NCBI GenBank assembly: GCA_012295275.1 | Contig: CM022678.1 | Span: 3,224,001-3,288,000 of the forward strand | DNA from: Chrysomallon squamiferum | Lineage: Eukaryota > Animalia > Mollusca | Reading direction: 5' to 3' | Length of the DNA stretch: 64,000 nt | In this document: positions 47,340 through 64,000 of the stretch, one piece after another | How the letters are laid out: the number at the start of each line of letters is the position of its first letter | How positions within the stretch are numbered: position 1 is the first letter of the stretch | Position numbers and translations under genes: made by a program | Notes under the pieces: model-generated | Seen by the model: the letters and a program-made list of their open reading frames with translations, nothing else | What the model was told of the DNA's origin: nothing | Databases searched by the model: none

Positions 47340-49609
47340 ATGGCCGCCACCATTAGACGGTATGGATATTGCTTCTTGCGAAGGTCATTCTTGCGACCAC
47401 TGGCACATAATTATTGTTCATCGTCCAAAGATACACCACCCGACGAAAAGGCTACTGAAAAATTAAAGGATGAAAGCTCAACAGATCGACCAACAGAAAC
47501 GAAACGAGACTTATCTGACGAAAAAAGCGAAACTGCCGCACGAGCTTCGCACATGACACCAGGCGAGAGTGCACTTAAAGGTTTTGCCAGGGTCTTGGAA
47601 AAAGTTAAACATGAAGAAGAAGAAGCAGAAATCGACCTTACTGAGGAAACGCCACTGGAGCCAGATGAACCTTTTGCAACAATGCTTCGCAAATCTAAAT
47701 TAATGCAGATAGGAAACCCTGCGGGCAGGACTATTCTTGGAACGATCGTTGACACTGTTGGCGATGATTTGTATATTGACTTTGGTGCAAAATTCCACTG
47801 TGTGTGTCCGAGACCAAACTACCTACCTGAGTAAGTCACTTATAAAGTTACAATAATTTAAAATCTATTCTACTAATAGATAACTATAGGTATGTTGCTT
47901 AAAACGTGTTATTAATAATTTTCATAAACTTGATCTGCTTATAGAGAGCAACACACATTATAATTAACGATATTTTGGCCTAGTATAAATAATAATTTGA
48001 AATAATAGTCAAGAGTTTATAATTTATATAATTCCGTAGTTGTTATTGTTTCTATTCTTTGTAAAAAGAGGACAAAATATATTGTAAAATGACTTATTTC
48101 AGTATCTTTAACTGTGCATTGAACACTTACCATCATAACGTTGCACACTCATTAATCAGTTTAAACATACACTTTATAATCCAAATCAAATTATATCTTC
48201 ATGCATCCATGCATGCATGCACACATACACAGGCAGAGAGAGAGAGCAAACATTTTGTTCAGAATCATGTGACAAATTGCTGTGGAGTTTTCTGTGTTAG
48301 TTAGTATTTACATATCATTTCCCTCTTCATGTTTATTACAGTATTTAATTTCGAAGGTTATCCGTAAATCCAAATATATTAAAGTTAAACAGATATCACA
48401 ATTTTAGTGGAACTAGATTTTTCTGTAATAACAAGTCTGCCATCATTTAAACTGTTTCCATGTTTTCTTTCCTGTTAATTTCATAGATGGATGTATTACA
48501 TTTTGTTTGTATTCAAGTTTTGAAATTGTCCCTTTATTACTAATCTAATGTTCTGTGAGCTAAAAGAAAAAAGGAAAAGAATTGAAATAAAATTTGTTCT
48601 AAATAGTTATATGTCAAAATAACGTGAACATTTTTTTTTTACTGGGTGGGTCAATCTTCATCTTTTTGTTATACTGTAAATAAAATATATTAAAATTATA
48701 ATTAATTACTAAAACACTTAGTAGTCACCCCATACTGCACACGCAATGATGTCAATACAGTTGACACTTCATTTAAGGGACAAAATGTGGAAAATGTTGT
48801 CCAGAAAATAAAAAAATCTTGCTTTTCCAAATGATGTTAGAAATATCACAAATATTAATATTAACAAGACAATTATATCTAAAACTAATTTATTTTATAT
48901 TCAGTTTTTATATTCATGATTGTATAGTGGAATATTGGAATAATTTATTTCGAGTCAGTGAAGTGTCATAGATTTTTTGGCACCATTATCAGTGCCATAA
49001 AAAAGTATAAATAATGTTCTGTGTTTAGTGAATTTTAAAATAAAACTCAGAACACACACAGCGTGAATGAACACATGACCATGTAAACAAACACACTGCC
49101 ACACTGAAGGAATCATATTTAGGATACTTCCCTAACTCCTAGAATAGTCCAGATTTTTGTAGATTTGAGAATATTTGTATATTCCACTGGTTTTATCTAG
49201 ACTTTCTTAAAATCTGGCAAATAGTGATCTGTTAAATCATGCATACTGCAGTAGTCAGTTTAAACACAGTTACAGTTAAATGATTTTTAACTATATTAAT
49301 TTATTACATAATATCTTCATATTAGCTATTACAAGATATCAAAAACAGATAAATAATAATTTTTTGTTTCATGTAATAATTTCATGTTTCAAAAGTAAAA
49401 TAATTTTTTTTTGTATTTTTGTAATTTAAATTTTTACTTCTTTCTTCTTTTTTTTTAGAAAATTTCGTCGAGGAACTCGTGTAAAACTTCAGCTGAAAGA
49501 CCTTGAAATGACCTCCAGTTTTCTGGGTTCAGAAAAACACATTACTCTGTTAGAAGCAGACGCAATTTTGATAGGTCTGCATCGGAAACCCCCAGAACTG
49601 AAACTGTAG
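47340..49609 (+). CDS. MRPS28: Mitochondrial small ribosomal subunit protein bS1m (MRPS28), 2 exons: 47340-47830, 49459-49609
   Basis: Arg-rich presequence MAATIRRYG..; [36 protein letters not shown]; donor GA|gtaagt; exon 2 ttttag|[24 protein letters not shown]...[12 protein letters not shown]; TAG ends at 49609. Confidence 0.95.
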
Positions 49610-50194
49610 TTACTTCCCTTTGTATATTCTTCAGAAACAGACAACAGAAAATGTGATTAACAAATATTATTTTTTTGTAATTTAATTAGTGCTGATAATA
49701 AAAAGATACTAAGAAATTCTTGGATTTATTTTGTTGATATATTTAAGTGTAACTAGCTGCAGCAAAAATTAAAGTTGTATTAATTAACAATTTTATATAT
49801 TTTAATATATTTGTATTGTAACGAAAAGCAGTGAACATCAAACATGATTAATAATCAAATTTATGCATTTAAATATTGTTGTTAATTAACATCATTCACT
49901 GCATTATTAATTCTCTGTATGTAAAAAATTAATTACAATTTATTATATTAAATTTTTTTAAAACACTTTTATACTTTATACAAATGTTTGTTTGCTTTTA
50001 TAACAAATATTCATTTTCATTGCATTTGACAGGAAACTTATCTTTTGTTACAAGAAAGGGTTTAACCTAAAAATTTCTTACTATTAAACAAAACTGGAGA
50101 ATCAGTTTTAATGTCAATTACTACTTCTAATAATGGTTTCAAGTTAACGAAGTTTAGCAAAATAAGATGGAATTTTATATTTTATATTTTATCA

Positions 50195-50385
50195 TTAACC
50201 TAAATTTAACTGTTAACTGCAAATGCTAAACCATAACCATAACTCTACACTCTACCTCTAAACCCTAAGCACTAATATTAACCCTTAACCTTCACATCTA
50301 ATCCTTAATCCTTAACGTTAACACTAATTTTAACCTTTAACCTAAACACTAACTTTTAATCCTTAACCGTAAATCCTAACCATAA
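50195..50385. repeat. Degenerate (TAACCC/TAACC)n-like tract
   Basis: Run of taaacc, taaccc, taatcc and taacct variants. Confidence 0.55.
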
Positions 50386-51073
50386 AAGGTGAAACCAGGC
50401 AGTTGCTTATTACTGACCAGTAGAATATCTAGATCTGGTGTGATGTGTCACTGGATCAAATCCTCTTGATGGGAATGTTGAGTTATTTCTCAGTCAAACC
50501 TGATTGTATTAATGTTATAAATATTTTTGAACTTGTATGATGACTAGAATGATGTATTCTTAATTTTCTTAACAAAAAACCAGGAGAGTGGAAGACCAGT
50601 GCTAAAATCATTTATATTGATAGTGAAAAAACTAAAAATACTTCTGATAGATTTGAATCTGATTCATATTAGGATGGGTATTACATCATTGAGCTATATT
50701 TTTCTCTTTGAACTGACACGGTAACTAAACTGATGCAGTTACAAAACAAAACTATTTTGCTGAATCCTCCTGGAATGTAATGAAGCTATTGACAGTGTTA
50801 AAACAAAAACCCTAAAAAAAAAACATAATCCCCAACAACAACCAAAAAAAAAAAAAAAATTTAATTTTTCTCATAATGATAATCAATGGTAGAGATTTTA
50901 AACATAAAATTCAACTTATTGATTTTTTTCAAACTGGTATATGTAAAATTGTATAGTTACAAGAAGCAAGTTTCATTTTCTATTATTAATATTCTTATTA
51001 CTATTACTATAACTACTACTATCACTACTACTACTGCTACAACACTGCTATTATTATTACTACTACTATAACC

Positions 51074-51128
<55 letters not shown>

Positions 51129-51179
51129 TACTACTACTATTAGTATTATTTTTTTATGCTGGTGTGCATTTAGTTTATT

Positions 51180-51285
<106 letters not shown>

Positions 51286-51528
51286 GCATTATTAGTACGT
51301 GATACACCTCAGGTAGGTTGCTCTATTTATTTATCCAGCAATACGATCTCATTAGCTTTAATTCTTTTCTCGCACCCTCGTTTCGCTTCATCCTGTTACA
51401 TCGTGTTGCCATTCATTATTTCCAACACCTCGCTCCCTGCAACAGATGTCGCTAACGTCAGATAATATATTTGTACACTGTATTTGAAAAAAAACCTTCA
51501 GTTCATCTTTTGTGTTTCTCTTACAAAC

Positions 51529-52815
51529 ATGGATCCCATTTTCGCTGTTCTCTTTTCACTTATTGTAACTGTATTGTGTTCAGAAGACCCATACGGGCAC
51601 AAGAAACCTCTCGGATCTCACACTAAATCGTGGAACATCGACGTCCTCGACGATTTCCCAAATCCCACCGAGTTCTACCACGACTACGTGAAAACGGGCC
51701 GCCCCGTGCTGTTCAAGGGTGTGTTGAACAGCGGAGGTTTTCCCGCTTACCAGAAATGGACGGACGAATACCTGAGTGAGAAATACGGATCAGAATATGT
51801 GGAAATCGAAGAGGGAAAGAAAGAAACGAGGACAGGAGGAGTGAGAGACAACACGTTGTCAGATTTCCTCAAAACTTACGTCAAAGAGGACGTTTACATG
51901 GTACAAGATCTTTTCCCTCAGATGCAAAGCGAAATCGGAATTCCAAGATGTCTGCAGTGCGGGGGATTTCAAAATCAGATCTGGGCGTCCATTATGTGGT
52001 TCAGCAGCGGCGGCACTAAATCCGTGCTTCACCTCGACACCTACGACAACATCAACTGTCTTTTCGACGGCAAAAAAGATTTGGTGATGTTTGACAAAGC
52101 GTACCAAGGTGACATCGAGGCCGACGAATTCGTTCAAGACGGAAGCTACAGCGCCATCGACGTGGACAGCGTGGACTTGTACAAAACGCCTCGCTTCTCG
52201 TTCATCCCGTGGTTCAAAGCGACGATGAACAAAGGCGACTGTCTGTACATTCCTTTTAAATGGTACCATCAGGTGAACTCGTTCGGGAGCCGAAACCTCG
52301 CCGTCAACATCTGGTTTAACCATCTGCTTTGGTTTAACGACACCGACTGCGGAAAAGAAACTGAACTTAAGCAGTTCGTTCCTCTCAGTGAAATCAAAAT
52401 GGCGTCGGACAGCGAGACGATAAGGCACGCCCTGTTGAGCTTCTTCGACGGCAGCATCTACATCACACCGGAGAACCTCCGGGAAGGCTGGGGCCAGGTC
52501 GATGACCTTTTCTCCCTGCTTGACCTCAACAAGGATTCGAAACTGACGTGGGAAGAAATGTATAGATTCGACATCAATGACGTCATATCTCGGTACGGAA
52601 AGTACCTGTTGAATATTGATGAAAGTCTGTGGATTGAGCTGGAACAAATAGTGCTTCGTTCCGCACGAAAGGGAAATGTTAATAGTATCCATTTGTTGAA
52701 AATTATTCACAAAATCATGAAGCACAGAAATATAGTGACAACTGACGAGTCCGAGAACGATATGACATCACACGATGACGTCACAATGCCAGACGCCAGG
52801 AAACAAGAACTTTAA
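51529..52815 (+). CDS. Intronless JmjC/cupin-like 2OG-Fe(II) oxygenase with signal peptide, EF-hand and KDEL-like tail (KQEL), copy B, 428 aa
   Basis: aaacATG at 51529 (MDPIFAVLFSLIVTVLCS signal peptide); HLD...WYH triad; DGKKDL; EF-hand DLNKDSKLTWEE; C-terminus RKQEL; clear paralog of 39575-40822. Confidence 0.9.
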   Translation: MDPIFAVLFSLIVTVLCSEDPYGHKKPLGSHTKSWNIDVLDDFPNPTEFYHDYVKTGRPVLFKGVLNSGGFPAYQKWTDEYLSEKYGSEYVEIEEGKKETRTGGVRDNTLSDFLKTYVKEDVYMVQDLFPQMQSEIGIPRCLQCGGFQNQIWASIMWFSSGGTKSVLHLDTYDNINCLFDGKKDLVMFDKAYQGDIEADEFVQDGSYSAIDVDSVDLYKTPRFSFIPWFKATMNKGDCLYIPFKWYHQVNSFGSRNLAVNIWFNHLLWFNDTDCGKETELKQFVPLSEIKMASDSETIRHALLSFFDGSIYITPENLREGWGQVDDLFSLLDLNKDSKLTWEEMYRFDINDVISRYGKYLLNIDESLWIELEQIVLRSARKGNVNSIHLLKIIHKIMKHRNIVTTDESENDMTSHDDVTMPDARKQEL

Positions 52816-52978
52816 CTATTACGGTAGAATATTTAAAATGATATATTTTGAAACGATTAAATGTATTAATAAATTATTATTTTAGTGCTTGTAGGAAAAT
52901 TTCTTTCTTTCGTTTTCATTTTGATTCGAAAATCTCTTTTTGCAAAGAACGTGAGAGTGAGAGAGGAAGTCTATAGGT

Positions 52979-53365
<387 letters not shown>

Positions 53366-53943
53366 ACATAGATGGTTCTGTAAGACTGTAGAACTGGGGG
53401 AAAAGAACACACGCATGTCTGTTTGTAAAATCATATCAATATCATTTATTTTCTACAAAGGGCTTTTATTATTGTACATTTATTTTTATCATCTTTATCG
53501 ACATTGTGGTTTGAGCTCTAAAACTTTAAAACATTATCCTAATACGTGAACTCTCTATTTTACTGTTTGACGATATAGAAACGTGCTCCACCATTGTGTG
53601 GGTTACTCTTACCAGTTAGCAGCAAAGGTTTTCTTTTGTTCACCTGTCCACTTACAGGAAAAAATACGCAAATTGCATAAACCGGCGGAGTACTGTTTTG
53701 AATGGAAAATGCTTCAGTTAAAAGTTAAGAATGAGTTAATGTTAGTTTAACGATATTTTATCATGAAATTTTATTATGCAGCAGAAATCATAGACTTTAC
53801 AAAATTAGTGACAGTGGAGTTTGGAACGGGATATTAGTGAGCCATATCAACCATCAGACCACTGAACTCTAGTTTTGTTATTTTATCGCAATATGATATT
53901 AATTTAAATACATTAAACATATTTTGTAATAATAATAATAATA

Positions 53944-53996
<53 letters not shown>

Positions 53997-54026
53997 AACC
54001 ACAAAACGAAACAAACGGTAAACGGG

Positions 54027-55741
54027 TTTATTTCACAAATATACCTTCATTTATACAAAATGTAAAAAAGAAAGGAAATGTACATTCAATTCATGAAATA
54101 ATAAAAATTAATAAATAATTAAATTAAAACGAAACAAAAGTAAAATAAAAAGCACTCAACATGTAAATGCATTCAATAAATAAGTGTAAAAATATATATT
54201 AATACATGTAAATTGCATAATCTGATACGTTTGCATAGACTGTTTCGTAACTGACGATAAAATCGAGACTGGTACATTTATGTATCTTCATTATCTGGAT
54301 CTGAAATTTTCAAATCACTCATATATTTTATATAAGGTAACGAATAAAATAATAATAAACTATTTTTCTTTTCTTTTTTTAAATTACTTTTATGTAGACT
54401 AGTTCTCGCTAAATGAAAATAGTTTTTAAAACTCGCATTTAACGATATTAAGTTATATTTTGTCTTCTTTTTTTGTGAGGATCATCAATAGTTTTGTTCA
54501 CGCAAAAACAATTAGCCAATAGACAACAGTTTTTCAACTGTTAAAGCTGGCTACATCGTGAAGTGTCGGATAAAACGACTGGTTGTTTAACGCAAATCAC
54601 TGTAGTTACGTTGAAACAAAATTATCCAATCAAACCTATCGACACATTGATAGTCAGAATACGTCATTGTAAAAAGTAACATTCGATGTAAATGCATTAT
54701 AAATACTGAAAAATTATACAAAGTTAAAATACTTGAAAATATTTTGATTTTAATAATACATCAGAGAATAATAAATAAATAAATAAATAAATAAAATTTG
54801 TCTTGTATTTAAAATAGATTAATAATGTTTCGTTTTATTATGAAATTTCGTTTTGTTTATTTTCATTTATACATTATTCTGATGATACTTATTAACAATA
54901 ACACAAAATGTCATTGACTTTAAACGAAAGCTCTATTTATTATTATTTAAAAAATTTTTTTTAAAATTTAAAGAGATTAAGTCCCTTGAATTAGAAATCA
55001 AAACTCTCAGGCACTAAATGGCGATTAATGATGATGATTATAACAAAATAATAATAATAATAAATTTAAAACTGAATATTTTCACAATCATGGAAGTCAT
55101 TAAAAGGAAGCACATTATAAATATATTTTGTAGATTAAAAAGATTCAGGTAATAAACACCATTTATGTAGAATTCATTTCTGTAGTATAAAACACAACAG
55201 CTGTATGTCACGTGATATTGTTATCCAAGGCAAAGACATACATAAATTATTAAATTCCTTTTTTGTTCAGGCTGTACATGACGTCACTGGTCTTTTTATA
55301 ATTTATTTTTCCTCCATAAAATGTCACATTTATGGCACAGTGATATATAAAGAAGAAGAAAAAAATCCATAATTTTGAGCAGTTGAAAAAGACTTAAATA
55401 ACGGTGTAAAATATTGCACTGTGTATACGATGAAACAATAAATAGCACAGACTGAGTCTGCTAAACAACGTCACATCAGACTGAGTCTCTTATGCTCCAA
55501 GCCGGTGGCACTGATTTCAGTTAGCTTCTAAATCAAGATTGAGTCTTGCACTGAATAATGAAAATCCTTATCAAATTGTGCATTTCTTAAAACAAATCAC
55601 ATCAGACCGAACTGCTTCAAAGTCACATAAGGCTAAACTGTTCTTTCAAAGTCCCATCAGACTGAGTAACTGGGGCACATAACATTGAACTGTTCTTTCA
55701 AAAAGTCCCATCAGACTGAGTACCTGTGTGTTTTCAAAATT
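54027..55741 (-). other. Probable Hey 3' UTR with poly(A) signal
   Basis: AU-rich sequence without long microsatellites after the stop; minus-strand AATAAA at 54027-54032 followed by a U/GU-rich stretch. Confidence 0.5.
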
Positions 55742-62770
<7,029 letters not shown>

Positions 62771-63375
62771 CGTGGCGTGGTTGCTGCTGCGGAAGCACTG
62801 ATTTGACAAAAGAGGACGAGAGCGGATGTACGACTTTTCCCGAACGGCGGCCGATTTTGACTGACCTTCGTCTGTCGCGCTACGCTCAATAAAAACCTCC
62901 TCGTGCTTTCCCCTTCACGCCTACCCACCGACCACCGCTCGTGATTGACATGCCGGCGTTCGTTTACTATGGAGCGTTGGCAACAACGCGCACCGGTCAG
63001 CCGCTGCGATTGGCCGGCGCCTGCTACGACCACGCCAGTTATCGCGAGGCCCTTGTGCGGCATGTGACAAAAATCGATACACTCGTCACTCGCCTCGCGA
63101 AGTTACTATTTTTGAGAATTTTAATAAATCGGAAATTTCGAAATCGATTATACCATGTATAAAAAATAATAAATAAAGATTTAATATATAACTTTATTTT
63201 GCACGATTTTACAATATTCAAATATATATATTTATATTTTTTTTTTTCATTTTATATATCTTGTTTACGATGGTGTCATGATTTTTCATTTAAACTGTTT
63301 GGAGATTAGCAATACACGTTCGGGGCCTACAGGTGATCCCGTATGACGTCGAGCGCGCGGCCAACACGCGCAGGT

Positions 63376-63383
63376 CGTGGGAA
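63376..63383 (+). promoter_or_regulatory. CSL/Su(H)/RBPJ site CGTGGGAA upstream of Hey
   Basis: Perfect high-affinity consensus about 600 bp 5' of the Hey ATG, in a CpG-rich patch; Hey is a canonical Notch target. Confidence 0.65.
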
Positions 63384-63754
63384 ACCGCGGTTCTCAGAAT
63401 TCTGCAGTGTCTGCAACTGTACGTCAAAAAACTGAAATTAACTTGAATAACTAACAACAAAGACAGTTAGTGTCTAAAATATATAATAAACACAAAACGC
63501 ACTAAGGGACATAACTAGACACTGATACTTTTCTAATTTTGTAAGACGGCCGGTGACCACTTGCAAGCGGTTGACAGCCGATAAATAAACAATGATGACG
63601 TAAGAGACAGACACGAGGCTCTTACTGAATAGAAACACATTCGTTATGTACTGCTCCAGCGGTCTCTAGTAGTACATGGATAGGATCAAAATAATATTAT
63701 ATACACGCACTGACGCAAAAATATAATGAAACTCACGCATACATACATACACAT

Positions 63755-63848
63755 TCTCTCTCTCTCTTCATAATAAAACATTAAACAAACATTAGCAATT
63801 ATATATATATATATAATTGCTAATGTTATATATACATATATATCTATA

Positions 63849-63915
<67 letters not shown>

Positions 63916-63996
63916 GCTAATTTTATATATGTATATATATATATATATATAACTGCTAATGTTTGTTTAATGTTTTAGTATGAGGAGAGAGAGTGT
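63755..63996. repeat. Nested palindrome / foldback with a (TA)n core
   Basis: Left arm ctctcttcataataaaacattaaacaaacattagcaatt; right arm aactgctaatgtttgtttaatgttttagtatgaggagag; perfect internal palindrome at 63788-63827. Confidence 0.8.
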
Positions 63997-64000
63997 ATGT

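Noticed and set aside
48973-49001. Short hairpin tttttggcac...gtgccataaaa in the MRPS28 intron as an ncRNA or terminator
   Set aside because: Too short to call; possibly a transposon-end remnant.
50195-50385. True interstitial telomere
   Set aside because: Too degenerate, with few perfect TAACCC units; more likely a decayed simple repeat or transposon-internal tract.
51484-51528. ORF-track start for JmjC copy B (likewise 47313 for MRPS28 and 56389 for Hey)
   Set aside because: These are non-ATG or internal starts. The ATGs at 51529 and 47340 have good context, and Hey begins at 62770 via splicing.

Overview
Animal genomic DNA, not prokaryotic: AT-rich, full of microsatellites, with GT-AG spliceosomal introns. 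An invertebrate bilaterian, possibly a lophotrochozoan such as a mollusc, is my inference. I reconstructed six protein-coding genes by hand. (1) The 3' part of a large SOGA/MTCL-family coiled-coil gene (+, 16 exons, 802-33787, about 1910 aa in the window, C-terminus ETAV). (2) An intronless JmjC gene with signal peptide, EF-hand and KDEL-like tail (-, 39575-40822). (3) HDDC2 (-, 6 exons, 43306-47170). (4) MRPS28 (+, 2 exons, 47340-49609), head-to-head with HDDC2. (5) A second, inverted intronless JmjC paralog (+, 51529-52815). (6) Hey (-, 5 exons, 55742-62770, YRPW), with CSL sites and Brd-box, K-box and miRNA-seed sites in its 3' UTR. Five single-base homopolymer frameshifts look like long-read consensus errors. 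Most interesting: the pair of putative ER-lumenal 2OG/Fe(II) oxygenases with patchy gene-conversion-like identity; the HDDC2-MRPS28-Hey linkage that is split between the human HEY2 and HEY1 loci; tandem repeats seeded at splice junctions, including an array of recursive-splice-site consensus; and alternative first exon, microexon and intronic poly(A) architecture in the SOGA-like gene. Most ORFs in the supplied track are microsatellite or antisense artefacts.
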